64,000 nucleotides of DNA from Selaginella moellendorffii (taxonomy: Eukaryota; Plantae; Lycopodiophyta): positions 1,550,056 to 1,614,055 of the forward strand of contig NW_003314288.1 of NCBI RefSeq assembly GCF_000143415.4, given 5' to 3'. The notes beneath the pieces are model-generated. The model was not told where the DNA came from, did not search any database, and saw nothing but the letters and a program-made list of their open reading frames with translations. Positions 23,927-36,719 of this stretch are shown piece after piece. Every line of letters begins with the position of its first letter. The first letter of the stretch is position 1. The translations under genes were made by a program, and so were the position numbers.

Positions 23927-26549
23927 ATGGCGCTTCTGAAGTTCAAGCGCCCGGATCTAGGCGTCACAGGTTTGAAATTCCGATAGGAAATCTCTGTGGC
24001 TCACGCTCTCGATCCTGAATTTCCAGTTTCTCCTGTGCAAAACGGTGATTTGGACTGGGAATTGTCCCCGTTTCCCAGGGAGCCTCTAAACTCGCCGTCG
24101 TGCTACTTGGCGGAGGAGCATCCCTTGACATGGGCTTCTTCCAAGTGGAATGGAGTTGTGGATTCCAGCAAGCATATTTTTTGCAACAGGTCCTTAAATA
24201 TGAAGAGCATTGTGGCTGTTGGCTTCGATATGGATTACACTCTCGCACAGTACAAGCCAGATACGTTTGAGGTTCTTGCTTACCAGGGAACGGTCAAAAA
24301 GCTGGTCTACAATCTCGGCTATCCCACTGATGTTCGTGCTCTCGTCCCAAAATCTCGTTTTTATATGTTCACTTGTTACTAAATGCTCCAATTTGCAGCT
24401 ATTGCAATGGACATTCGACTGGAAATATATGATCAGAGGTCTAGTTCTCGATAAAAGGCGAGGCAACGTTCTGAAAGTATGCTTTGGTTTCCCCCAGCTT
24501 CCATTTTGTTTATAACTCTTGACAATGCATCCGCAGATGGACCGTCACAAGTACGTCAAGGTTGCCTACCATGGGTTTCGAGAATTACCCCGTGAAGAGA
24601 GAATGGCTACTTATGGCAACACACTGTCCCGTGAAGCCTACGACGAACCTGACTATGCGCTTATCGACACCCTCTTCTCCTTGGCGGAAGCATATCTTTT
24701 TGCGCAGCTCGTTGAGTACAGAGATAGTTCTCCTAGCAAGCTTCCGGCAAAAGAGTACGACTTGTAATCATTGTCTGCTTCTGTACTTATTCCGTTGTGA
24801 TCTCCAGCATTCATTCTGAGGATGGCATGTTTGTACCAAGGTAAAGCGAAGTTGTGATCCTTTGAAGAACGCTCATGTATTTTGTTTCCACAGTTATGCC
24901 CAGATTTACAAAGATGTACGGTCTGCTGTGGACTTGTGCCACCGTGATGGCACACTTAAGCAAGCTGTTTCTCTTGACCCTGGAAAGTGAGTGCTGTTCT
25001 CCCCACTTAACTTTTATTCTGATTCCTTTGAAAAACCTCACAGATATATCCACGAAGATCCGCTGCTGGTCCCAATGTTTAAAATGCTGCGAGACTCTGG
25101 CCGCATGACTTTTCTCGTAACAAACAGGTACCTTTACTTTTTTTCTAAGATTGTAGCGAATGTGAGCGCTGTTGCAGCCTCTGGGACTACACACACGTGG
25201 TTATGAACTATTTATGTGGAAAGACTGGTAACGAAGGTGTACCTCGAGACGACGAATGGCTTTCCTATTTTGACCTTGTCATTACTGGCAGGTGTGCTAG
25301 CTCCATTGTTTTCATTGTTTCTTGTTCTAATGTACTACTACTCCTGCTCAGCGCAAAGCCTGCTTTTTTTGCTGATAGCAATCGAGCCCCTCTTTTCGAG
25401 GTTGACATCGAAACTGGGATGCTCCAGAACACAGACAACGGAACGCCTCTCATGCAGGTGTGTGATCCTTGTGTTTTTTGAGAGTAATGATTCTGATTGT
25501 CACCTCAGGTTGGCGGTTTGGGAGTTGGCCTGGAAACTCAAAAGAAGAAGAACAGTCAGCACTGCAGAGCTTTTCAAGTACGCTGAATCGGTTTCTTATT
25601 TTTTTCTTAATCTGGATGATTTTGGCTTTGTAAAACAGGGAGGAGGAGTTGCGCACCTACATAAACTGCTGGCCATCGAAGCAGGGGCCCAGGTAGCCGC
25701 AATCTGTGCTTTAGATTTTTTGTAAAGATACTGATTCATTATTGGCGAATAGGTGCTGTATGTAGGTGACCACATCTACGGAGACATCTTGCGGAGCAAG
25801 AAACAACTTGGTAAGATACTCCTCAACGAGTGAATAGTCTTCAATCGCGAAAAACTTATGCAGATTGTAATAGGGTGGAGAACGATGCTTGTCATTCCGG
25901 AGCTTGAGAGTGAGCTGGAGCTACTGAAACAGAACCTCAAGCTTCAAAAAGTAAGTCGTGAATTACGGTCACAAGTTTCCATTAAATGCACAAGTCTGCC
26001 TCAGGAGTTTCGCAAATTCCGTCGAAAGCGCGAGGAATTAGAAGACCTGCTCCAGCGTGCAAAGTGGAAGCTCAGGTGGGCTCTTATCTGGAAAACCATT
26101 CCATAAACGCCAGTAAAACTCTTCTTTCAGGCTAGAACACCAGAATGAAGAAGAGCTCTTAACGAGAGCCAAGTCTTTACAGCAGGACAGGGACTCCATC
26201 CGAGATCTTCAGCGCCAAACACACAAAGATCTCCACCAAAAGGTACTCGAAACTTCGCTCCAACTCATCCCTGGCTCAAATTTTCTGTCGTCTCTCCAGT
26301 TCCATAGCGTCTGGGGACAGCTCATGAAAACTGGCTATCAAAACTCCCGATTTGCTCACCAGGTTTGGGTTCCATCCAAAGGTTTTCAATCCATCTCCAT
26401 CGTTTTCGTTCGTTTTTTCCTTGTAGGTGGAACGATTCGCGTGCTTGTACACAAGCCAAGTTACTAATCTCTGCTACTACTCTCCCGACAAAAGCTTTAG
26501 AACCACGGAAGACTTCATGCCGCATGAGCTGGAGTTCGCGGAGTTTTAA
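23927..26549 (+). CDS. HAD-superfamily cytosolic 5'-nucleotidase (cN-II/NT5C2 family), many exons
   Basis: IFCNRSLNM..I.AVGFDMDYTLAQY; FLVTNS.WDYT; VLYVGDHIYGDILRSKK.LGWRTMLV; VWGQLMKTGYQNSRFAHQVERFACLYTS. Confidence 0.93.
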
Positions 26550-26663
26550 ACCTGTATTAATTAGTATATTAATTACATATTAATCGAAAAAGGTGAAAGT
26601 TTAAATCACTGGTTATTATAGCACTGCCAAAGAAAAATAGAGGGAGAGAGTAGCGGGAGTTGC

Positions 26664-28376
26664 ATGGAGATGGCGCGCTCCTCCCATTTTTCACCGATTC
26701 TTCGCCGCAGGATCGCGCATTGTCTGGTGGATGGGATCCAGGCTTGGAATTTCGGCGCCCGCCTTGCTCGCCGCGCTGATCCTCTTGTGTGATCGAGGTA
26801 CGTGATAAGCCCTAGCGACATTTTCCTATTCCTCCCTCTTCTCTTTAGTCCAAGCATTCGATCCTCTCGATCCGGAAGGAAATATCACTCTGAAATGGGA
26901 TATCATCAGCTGGACATCAGATGGATACCAGGTAGATCGAAGAGATCGAAGATTTTCTTCTCGTTTCTAGACTTACTGTGATCCTCACAGGCTCTAGTAT
27001 CGATCATAAACTACCAGCGCTATCGCCACATAGAATCGCCGGGATGGACTCTGGGATGGACGTGGCAAGGAGGAGAAGTGATCTGGGGAATGGTTGGAGC
27101 TCAGGCAACGTACCAAGGAGATTGCTCCAAGTTCCATGGAACGATTCCGCACTGCTGCCTTCAAAGCCCGACCATTGTGGATTTGCTTCCGGAAGCTCCT
27201 GCCAGCATGAAGTCGGCCAACTGCTGTAGGAATGGTGTGCTGAGCTCGCTTCTCCAAGACCCGGAGAATTCAGTGGCGAGCTTTCAGCTCACGGTTGGCC
27301 AGTCCAGCAATGCGAGCGACACAACTTCTCCTCCCAAGAGCTTCCTTCTCGGCGCTCCCGGCCCCGGCTACGAGTGCTCTCCTCCCAGGAGAGTGAACGG
27401 GAGCTTGTTCTTCACTCCGGATCATCGTCGAGCGACTCAAGCCTTGAGTAAGTGCTTGGAACTGGAGTTTCTTCAGGGAATTCCAGACTGACTTGGTTGT
27501 GTGGCAGTGACTTGGAATGTTACCTGTAGGTACTCACAGGCCGTGGCTCAGCGAGCACCATCTTGCTGCGTTTCTTACTCGGCTTTTTACAACGCGACGA
27601 TCGTTCCTTGCCCGACTTGTGCGTGCCAGTGCTCCTACAACGCGACACAGCCGATCCAAAATGCCCAGCCGATGTGCATGCAAATGTAAGCTTTTGGAAC
27701 TTTTCTTCCCAGGCCTTGATTGTTCTTATGCTACTCTCAGGAGCTCTGCTTATATGAACTCCCCGGGCTATAGCACGGGCAGGACTAGAGATCCACCGGA
27801 GCTTTACTGCTCCACCGATATGTGCCCGGTGAAGATCCACTGGCACGTAAAGACGAACTACTACGACTACTGGCGAGCCAAGCTCACCATCATCAACAGG
27901 AGCCTCCGGAAGAACCACACGCAGTGGAACGTCGTCGTCCAGCACCCCAACCTGGACAACCTCACCTCGGCATTCAGCTTCAACTACATGAGCTTGCCGC
28001 GAGGACGCACTAGTAAGCTTTCCTTTTTCCCTCTCGCTCCATCGCTCTTGATCAGTAACTTGAGTGGTGATTTCCAGATGACACAGCGATGTTTTGGGGG
28101 ATCCGCTTCTACAACGACGAACTCCTCACTGCCGGCCCCGTTGGAAACGTCCAGTCGGAGCTCCTCTTCCAAAAGGATCCCAGCTTCACTCTCGACAAAG
28201 GCTGGGCATTTCCCCGCAGGGTGTATTTCAATGGCGAAGAATGCGTTTTGCCGCCTCCTCACTCGTATCCTTTTCTTCCCAGCGCGGCCATCCATCGCCA
28301 AACTCTCGCTTGGAAAGCTCTCGTCCTCCCAGTTTTGTTAAATATGATAGGAAGGAATATTCTATCTCTTTTTTAA
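26664..28376 (+). CDS. COBRA-like GPI-anchored protein
   Basis: DPLDPEGNITLKWDIISWT.DGY; YRHIESPGWTLGWTW..EVIW.MVGAQAT.QGDCSKF; CCVS motif; HWHVKTNY..YWR; QSELLF.KD..FT...GWAFPRRVYFNGEEC. Confidence 0.95.
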
Positions 28377-28728
28377 ATATCTAGCGAGATTAAATTAGTT
28401 TTCGTTCATTAACGTTGCTAGTCTCGAGAGCCTTTCATACAGGTGCCCTGTCGTCTTGTTTCTTGGCAATCCCGTCTTTAGGTCATCTCTTAGTTTGCCT
28501 AGGATGTGGAACGAGGTGGTGCTCGCTCGGCTATCTCTCGCCTAGGGCACGGCGATCTCAGCCACGGCGGGGCGCCCAAGCGCCAGCATTCTAGCTGGAT
28601 CTGGCCTCTCTAGATCAGCTGCCTCTAGGTCTCTCTCCCACTGGAATGCCATCTCCTAGGGCAGCAGCGGCGGATTGTCTCGGCGCGTTGTAGCGAGCGG
28701 GAGGGTCGATCGAGCATTCTTCTCCGCC

Positions 28729-29429
28729 ATGGCTGTAAGTAATTTCGTCCAATCCGCGACGGCGGGGCAAATGCCGCTGGATGGATGGATTGAACAGAGT
28801 GGTTTTTCGAGTGATTGATTGTTTTTTCTTCTGTGGTAGAAGAAGGACCAGAGTGATGTGCGCCGGCACTTGGACCATTCCTCGCGGAGGCAAAGCAGCA
28901 CCGAGCGCTCGCCTCTCCACCCGCAAGTAAGAAACCATAGCAGCAGCAATAGAACGTCGACAGGATCTCCTGCATGGGAGAAGAAGAACGAAGGTGGCAA
29001 TAACTTTGCGCCCTCCACACCCGGGCGGAGTCGAATGAGAGCCAATCCCATGCAGGAAGACCAGGTAAAAATCTCTCTTTTTAATTCTTCCTTCGTGCTC
29101 TAGCGAGCCATAGTTATAACTTAGCGTCGTTTCTCAACAGGAGAAGGGACAGGGGCCACCGCTACCAAAATTCGGTGCCTGGGATCCAAAAGATCCCTCC
29201 TCGGCCGATGGATTTACCATCATCTTCAACAAAGCCAGAGACGAGAAGCGAGCCGGATCCGGTGGCCGACCGGCGTCCCCCGTGAAGAACGACAACGAGC
29301 TGTACAAGAACAATCCGGACCGGTCCTCGTCCAATGTAATGCAAAGCTCTCTTTTCCCTCTTCCCAGCCGCTGATCGTGTTTTGATGCAGAAGAAATGGT
29401 ATTGCTGCTTCGGAGCCGCGGAGACGTGA
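28729..29429 (+). CDS. RIN4/NOI-family protein, about 154 aa; exons 28729-28734, 28840-29064, 29141-29335, 29391-29429
   Basis: NOI domain [33 protein letters not shown]4-like ERSPLHP and STPGRSR motifs, C-terminal KKWYCCF lipidation motif; all introns phase 0 GT-AG. Confidence 0.9.
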
Positions 29430-30814
29430 TCGAAGGAAAACTTCTCTAGGTAGTAACAGGGGTCGACGACGACGACAAACTTTGGTGATTTGATGATGCT
29501 TGGCACCATCGTTTTGGCTACAGGACATCAGGTGGTACCTTTGTGATACTGTCTGGTCTGTGTGGCTTCTATGGGCTTTGTATATTCTCGTCGCTAACGA
29601 GCTCTATCTTGTGCTCATGCTTTTTTTTACTTTCCTATACTTTTTTTTTACCAGAGGAACGCTTGCTTAGCTCCGCGAGATCTTTTCTAACCGCTTCCAA
29701 ATGCAAAGATTTGCTCGCAGGGCCAGAGATCAAGCAGAGATTACGAGCACCCAAAGTGAAAAGTACGAGAGATTCTCGGCTGCCGTCCATATCAACACTC
29801 TACAACGCCTCCTGCCAAAATGCTTATATCTGGCGCTCGCTACAGAATCTCAACAGGTCTGGAAGAAGGAGGCAAGGATTTTTTTCCTTCTTTTCTCCTG
29901 GTTTTCTGTTCACTCTCTAAATAACGTTTGAACTTCCAGCCTCGATCGTACTCCACTCCCCTCGCGGTAAGAGTTTTTTACATCATTGGATCCCTTTTCA
30001 CTTTTTTTTTTTTCCTAGGCTTGCAGACACATTTATTTTGGGCCAATGAGCGGCTCTGCGCTTTTATCCCGTGGAGATAAGGCTCTCTCTCTCTCTTTCT
30101 CCCGCAAAACGATCCAATCAATCCAGCATTTGTGGCACACCAGGAAGGACCTGAGCACTGTGGCACTCGTTTTCACTTCCTGGGGTGGAAATGCAATGCA
30201 TCGGACAAGCCTGCTCGACCTGCCCGGCTCCACACACTCACACAAGGCACGACGACGCAAAGCCAGCGCTAAAACGCTCCTGGAAAGAAAAGTCTCTGCT
30301 CGATCCAACGGAGAAGGCAATGCAAAACGATCAAACAAGGGAATCCACTGGCAGCAACGCTAACGGAGAAGGCAATGCGAGGCGAGCAAACGAGGGACAG
30401 CAACGAGGTGGAAAAGAAGACGCAAACACGCCAAGCAAGCAACAAAAACAAGACCAAGTTGACAAGCTTACTCCGCGCTCGTCCAAATGCCAGTGGAAGT
30501 TTTGGGAGCTTCTAGCGGAGTGGCCAATGAATTTTTGGACGAAGGAAAAGAAGAAGACGAGACCAATTCAACGAGAAGACCATAAAACCCAGAACCTTTA
30601 GAAGGGAGACAAAACGAAAACGAAAACAAAGACAAAAAACGAAAGCAAAGAAGCGACGAGCGAGTTGTGAGTGAATTGATGGTGGTAAAATATTTCAAAG
30701 ATGCCCACAAGCGGCATATGCTTTCTAGCTTCCTCTTGGAAGATCGAAACCCTCCCCTTTGCTTCTCCTGAGACCAAAGTTCTTCCAAAACAAAAATAAG
30801 AATTTGACGCTCTG

Positions 30815-32185
30815 CTATGATCGATCCTTGAAGCTTGTGGCGTGGACCGGGAATAGATCCAAGAGCTCGGGCTCCCGCTGGAGATGGTGGTGCTGGAACT
30901 GTTGGTGGTGCTGGATCTCCTGGAGCTGCTGGTGGTGGTGCTCGTAGACAAACTGTTGATTGGTGGCGGCGACGTGGTGGTGGTGGAGATGGTGAGCGGC
31001 GGCCGCGGGGTGGTGGTGGAGGTGGTGAGGATTTCCGAGCTGGAGATGAGTCGCCACCACCGCTTGCGGCTGCTGCTGCTGGGTATGGAGAATCATACCG
31101 TGGTGGTGGAATGGGAAGCGCTCGAAAACGCCGCCACCGTTGGCCGCTGGCGACGCCACGATCCCGTTTGGCTGGTGGTGGACCGGCGGCGGCGGGGGTG
31201 GCGGTGGCGGTGGAGACTTGAGATCATCGCTGCAATGCAAGCTCCGATCGAAGCTCTGGCGGAGGAGCTCGGTGGGCGTGAGCGGCGGCTGCAAGTGGTG
31301 GTGCAGCCGCTGGGGATTGCTCGTCTCGAACGAGGCCTCGGAGGAGAGCGGCGTGACGGGGCTGGGGAGGAGCCCGCCGGCGGCGGCGGCGGCGGTGTGC
31401 AGCGCGTCGCTGTAGACGAGCTTGGGCGACACGTCGGACGTGCCGCGCGGCGAGCAGCCGGTGCGCTTGAAGGGCGACCCGCGGTTGATATCCAGGTTGC
31501 GCAGGTTGTTCTGCTTGCGCTCGTGCAACCGCGACATGTGGCGCCGCAGCGGCATGCCGCCGGCGGTACCGTGCGGTACCGCTCCCGCTCCCGCCGCCGA
31601 CGTTGCTACCGCATTGCCCGGCGGATCCGCGGGCTGGGAAGCGATTTGCTGCTGCTGCTGCTGCTGCTGTTGCTGCTGGTGTTGGTGGTGGTTTTTGGAT
31701 CCGCCGGATTGCCTCGCGGGGACGGTGACGGGCATCTTGTCCTGGGCATCCTCCGCGGCGCCCGTGTGCTTCTGGACGACCTCGCGGAACGTGAGAACGT
31801 CCGCCTGGATGAAAGTGGTGGCGGCGAGCTGCTGCTTGATGGCCTCCGCCTCGGCAGCCACCGGCGAGGCGGGCTTCTTCGCGGGCTGACAGGTACCGCC
31901 ACTGGCAGCGCCGCCACCGTTGGCGGTGCTGGGCTCGGCCTCCGCCACTGCGCCGCCGCCGCTACTCCGCGGGGGACTGCTGCTGCTGCTGCTGCTGCTC
32001 GCGCGGCTGCTGAGGCGGCTGGGCGGCGGGCTGTTGAGATCCAGCGCGGCGGCGGAGGACGGTGGTGGCGGAGGTGGTGGCGGAGGAGGAGGATTCACGA
32101 GCGTGGAATCGGAGGAGAAGCACTTGTTGTTGGTGGTGGTGGTGATGGTGGCAGTGGTGGTGGTGGTGTTGGAGACGCCACCCAT
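30815..32185 (-). CDS. VQ motif-containing protein (VQ4/MVQ1-like), intronless, low complexity
   Basis: TTFIQADVLTFREVVQKHTG; RLHERK; LPSPVTPL; C-terminal LLDLFPV; poly-P/Q/H/S/T tracts. Confidence 0.88.
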   Translation of the reverse strand: MGGVSNTTTTTATITTTTNNKCFSSDSTLVNPPPPPPPPPPPSSAAALDLNSPPPSRLSSRASSSSSSSSPPRSSGGGAVAEAEPSTANGGGAASGGTCQPAKKPASPVAAEAEAIKQQLAATTFIQADVLTFREVVQKHTGAAEDAQDKMPVTVPARQSGGSKNHHQHQQQQQQQQQQQIASQPADPPGNAVATSAAGAGAVPHGTAGGMPLRRHMSRLHERKQNNLRNLDINRGSPFKRTGCSPRGTSDVSPKLVYSDALHTAAAAAGGLLPSPVTPLSSEASFETSNPQRLHHHLQPPLTPTELLRQSFDRSLHCSDDLKSPPPPPPPPPPVHHQPNGIVASPAANGGGVFERFPFHHHGMILHTQQQQPQAVVATHLQLGNPHHLHHHPAAAAHHLHHHHVAATNQQFVYEHHHQQLQEIQHHQQFQHHHLQREPELLDLFPVHATSFKDRS

Positions 32186-32358
32186 TTTGATCTCCTCCGC
32201 ATTCCACTGCCACCGATTTCTCTTCCTTCGCTGCTCACCGGAGCAGCATCACTGTCGCAAAGAATTCGTGAGGATGGAGAGCAACGGAAGAACACAAGAA
32301 CGAAGAGCAGCGATAGATTTTTTAAACCGCCCAAAATCCGATCCCCGAATCCGCCCCG

Positions 32359-32374
32359 AGAGATCGAGATCGAG

Positions 32375-32409
<35 letters not shown>
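32359..32409. repeat. (GAGATC)3+(GA)n microsatellite upstream of the VQ gene; further simple repeats near 34158 (ATCA)n, 34931 (AG)n, 35055 (AGAT)n and 36362 (GA)n
   Basis: Direct inspection. Confidence 0.9.
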
Positions 32410-32412
<3 letters not shown>

Positions 32413-35400
32413 CCCACCAAAGCGCTGCGCTGCTAAGCGTGAATGGGCGACAAACGCATTGACGCGGCGGCCATAGCGATAGCTTCTTCGCGTAAGCTAT
32501 CCTTTCCGTTCTCCTATCAAGGCATTGGCTGGCGCTGTCTTCGTTCACTCTATCTATCTAGGAAGGGGAGAGAGAGTGAGAGAGGAGGGAGAAGACTCTA
32601 CAGTGTGGAAGCGCTAGCGGGGGCGCGGCGAAGCATTAGCAGAAGATGGAGGAGAGGGGAGAGATTTGCGGGCACGCAATTCGACGACCAAGGAAAGGCA
32701 TGGGCCTGTCTCTGATCTGCCGAGGGACCTGGCGGAAGCAGCAATGCACCAAACAACAACAACGAGGAAGGGCAAGAACAGGGGAGAGAGCCTGGCGCTG
32801 GATCCAGCGGTCAACCCGCTGCCCCTCGATCAAATTTGATCCATCCCGCAAGAGGGTTGCTTATCCTCGATCGCCTCCTCCGAATTCCGCGCTACAGCTG
32901 CCAAAATTTGGGCCCAGACACCCAGGATCTCTAGCTCGAGCCCCGCCCTCCTCTCCTCTCCTCTCCTCTCCTCTCCCCTGTTTCCCCTTGTTTATCGATC
33001 GCTCGCTCGCTTTCTTTCTCTCCCTCTCTCCCCCTCCCGAGAGATCGAGACAGGGCAGGAGCGAGGTAGGAGGAAGTAACAGTGTACTGTAGGTCTGTGG
33101 ATTTCTCTTCGTTTTTAGAGTCGTGTGGAGAAGTGGAGCCTCGTGTTTCTAGAGGCCGGTGTCCCTAGCAGAGGCGCGGTGGAAACGCAAGGGCGTGTGG
33201 GGGCGGTATTTATTCCCCGCGATTCGAACCCGGCCCCAACGGAAGAAAGATAACGGCCACGGCAGCCCTAGAAACAGAGGCTTTTAAGAACCCTAAAAAC
33301 CAGGCCACGCCGGAAGCGATCATGAACATCGCCCCCCCGGATTGAATGGGGGGAAAATTTCTCGCGCAAGGGGGGCCGCCACCCGCCAGCCCAATCGCCC
33401 CAGATCCGATCCACTCTTCCTTTCACCGCAAGAAACTTTAATGTATAGATATAGATAGCTTATAGTTCTCGCTCACGAACCAAGCATGTGACACGGTAAG
33501 TATCAATGTTCTAAATGGCCAAAGTGCACAGGACGAGGAACAATGCCACCTTTGAGTTAGGGCAAAATTCTATTGCACGGCGCATTCGCCGTAGCTTTCC
33601 GGCCGTCTGTACTCATGTCGGCGAAGTGTGTTTCCAACAAGGGAAAAAAAAGAGAACAAGAAAAAAAGTGTTTGGAGTGCATGTGATCATTCTTTGCAAA
33701 ATCAGTATATACGGAAAAAAAAAGAGAATTTCCCCTGTTTGATTTGTCTTCGATCTAGGTAGTGCTCCATGGTCGAATGATCCCCCAATATGGCATCTAA
33801 AAGAGCACCTTGGATCAATCTATCACTTCACTATATGCTGGGAGAGGGAATCTTTGCCGTACATAGGATATGCCTTCGCATTTTCCCGCCATTTTGCAAG
33901 GGCAAAACTGGAAGCCATTTAACGAAGCCAAGGAGCGTGGACTAGTCATTTAAAGAAGGCTGTGTGACGTTGACCGCCACAGCTGGGGTGGTTCGGGGGA
34001 ATTCATTCCATCCGGTCAATGGATTCATCAATCCACACGACAGTGTCACACAGTTTTTCTTTGTGTGTGTGTGTCTGTGTTCTTCTAAAGAGCTTCTAAA
34101 GTGTGCCGCCATGCTTGCCCTTGTTTCGCCCGTGATTCTTCTTCTAATGGAAGCCATTCAATCAATCAATCAATCAATCAAGGCTCCAGAATGGACGGGC
34201 ATGGCTTTGCGGAATTCTGGGCTGGAAAGATGATAAAGCGAAGGGATTGTTGTCATTGTCTATGGATTGCTTGCTTTCTTGGTGTGGCGGTGAGATGGTG
34301 GTGGTAGTGGTGATGGTGGCGGCTATGGTGGTGTTTTAAGATCTAAGATAGAAGCCACTCTTTTGTGGTCAAAGAGCCACACCGGTATTATTTGCGAGAG
34401 CGACAACAAGCCTTCCCCTTTGTGGATTGAAAATCTGGAGAGATTTGTGTGATCTCGCTTGATCTCTCTAGAAATTCCTCCTCTATCCTCATACTTTCCA
34501 AATCTCCCCGATCAACTTCCATGATCAAGGAAAAATAAGAAGAAAAAAAATCTAAACAACCAGAAGGATGGAGACAATATGGATGTGGGCCAAAGCGATG
34601 CTCCCAAGTTCGCATAGAGTATTTATGTTTTGCCGGAGCTCATGGAACACTGGAGGTGGAATATTGAATGGATATGCCAGGGAGACCTTGATGGAGGGCA
34701 CATGGCGTTGACGCCGACAGACAATGGTGGGGTTTGGGTTTCGACTCGCTTCCCCGCCAGAAAGATCTAGGGCCTGAGCCGGCAGGAATCGAGCAGGGGA
34801 TCGATCGGCTCGCTGCTTTGCAGCAGCGCGTGGCCCAAAAGCCAGACAATCACGAGCAAGAGGGAAGAAATGGGATTTTGGGCTCACAAGTGGAGCAAAC
34901 ACTTTAGACCCTTCCATATATTCTCACACAAGAGAGAGAGAGAGAGAGAGAGAAAAGGGGATCTTTGGAAAAGAAGAAAAAGAAATTAAAAAAATTGTTC
35001 TCCACCACCTTTGTAAGTTATCTCTTTCTTCCGCCACCTTTGTAAATTTGTTCCGAGATAGATAGATAGATAGATGTCCTTACAATCACCACAGCGCCCG
35101 TTTGGGCATGGGACCGGCTCCGAAGAGCCATGCATATTTGATTTCAAAGCATGAACACGAAACAAAATACGAATGAATGCGAGGAGGCGGCGGTGGCCCA
35201 TAATGTGGATTACGAGGATTGTGACAAGGATCACATATAGAAACAGTAATGGAATCACATTCATCATACCTTCACCTACCACCACCCAGAAACTCTTAAA
35301 AGAAAAACAGAGATTGTTTGACCATAGGTTGGTTTCACTTCGGGCCGCCAACTTTTTTTCCGGGAGGGACGCAAAGACGACTATTTGGCCGCTTTGACTC

Positions 35401-36358
35401 GGCCATTCCATAATATCGTCGCTTTGCTAGTAAAGGTAACTCGAGGAATTCAATGGAAAGGTAGGTTGGGGAAAGAATTGTTTGCCTGAAATCCTTTTGG
35501 CTTTTGTAAATTTGGGAGGCAGAGGAAGAAGAAAGAGCCAAGCAAAAGGCTGTCTCGTAGTTGAATTGGAGGGAGTGCACATTTTTCTCCCCTCGCTGTG
35601 GATTGACGCGGACTTTGCAGCTTTCAGGTTTATATCGTAAATCGTCCCCAAAGCGACAAAACGATGAGCAGGGCCTTGCTTTGCTGCCTCTGACTCGCTG
35701 AGCTGCATACCTGTTTTCATTGGTCCCCGGGCAGCAGCAGCAAAGAGGGCGAGAACAAAGAAAAAAAAGAGAAAGACAGAGACTTAAATCTCTAATTTGG
35801 AGTAACAGGTAGGAATCAGTTTTTACAAGGCCCGTGAAACATGAGACCGAAGGGTTCCAAGTCCGTTGTCCTGAGTTTTGGTCATTCGCTGTGTGAGACT
35901 CTTCGTCCGCACTTCAAACGATGAAATGAACGTATAGTAATGAAAACAAGCTTGGATCTGGAGAGCACTGGCTTGGAGAGAAAAGATTCCACGATTTCTC
36001 CAAGGGAACAGGATGGGGATGTCAGCCTCGTAATGCCACAACTGGATGATGCCAACAACCGCTTGTTTGTTGCCTTGAAATCGCATTTTTGACGAAGACT
36101 ATGCCCCCAAGAGCGACAATGAAAGAAAAGGCGCAGAAAAAGGCTCCTCCACTTCTTCCTGCTGCAGCTGCGAGTTTGGTGACAGACAAACAATGTGTGT
36201 GATTTGTGTTGGTCCCTCTCCTCTCCACCAACCTTTTGGATACTTGTGCTTGTTTCTCACTCCTTTCTACAGTTCTTTTAGGAGCAAGAGTTGTAGAGTT
36301 GGGAAGGATAGAACGAACACTCCCATCCCTTTCTGCATGCTTTTGCAGGTCATGAATG

Positions 36359-36394
<36 letters not shown>

Positions 36395-36719
36395 ATTTTC
36401 TTATTTTATATGAAGTGTTTACAATCCCAACTAAGGAACAAAGGACCCTATTCTTAGATACATGCAATGCATTTTACTTCTGATGTTGAGAGCTGATACT
36501 CTGGGACTTCTGGAAACTCCCAGCTGTGATGTTGAGCTTGAAGATCAAGTCCATCATCTCTTTTATTATGTTCTTTATTTGCTCTTTGCCGGCTTGCCAC
36601 TTTTTTTCTATTAAGAACATATAAGAAAATACTTGAAGGAATCGCTCTTTTTCCTGGAAAACCCTCAAAACTGTAGCACCAGAGGTTATATATGAAAGAA
36701 TTTTCTTTAGAATTTTCTT

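Noticed and set aside
29500-30800. Several 60-140-aa ORFs between the RIN4-like and VQ genes
   Set aside because: No motifs; consistent with 3' UTR/intergenic DNA containing a small local duplication (AACGGAGAAGGCAATGC x2)
30884-32476. 530-aa plus-strand ORF
   Set aside because: Antisense shadow of the GC-rich, trinucleotide-repeat VQ gene; no independent motif
34986-35411. 141-aa minus-strand ORF with a hydrophobic stretch
   Set aside because: Runs through an (AGAT)n microsatellite; no family motif or splice support
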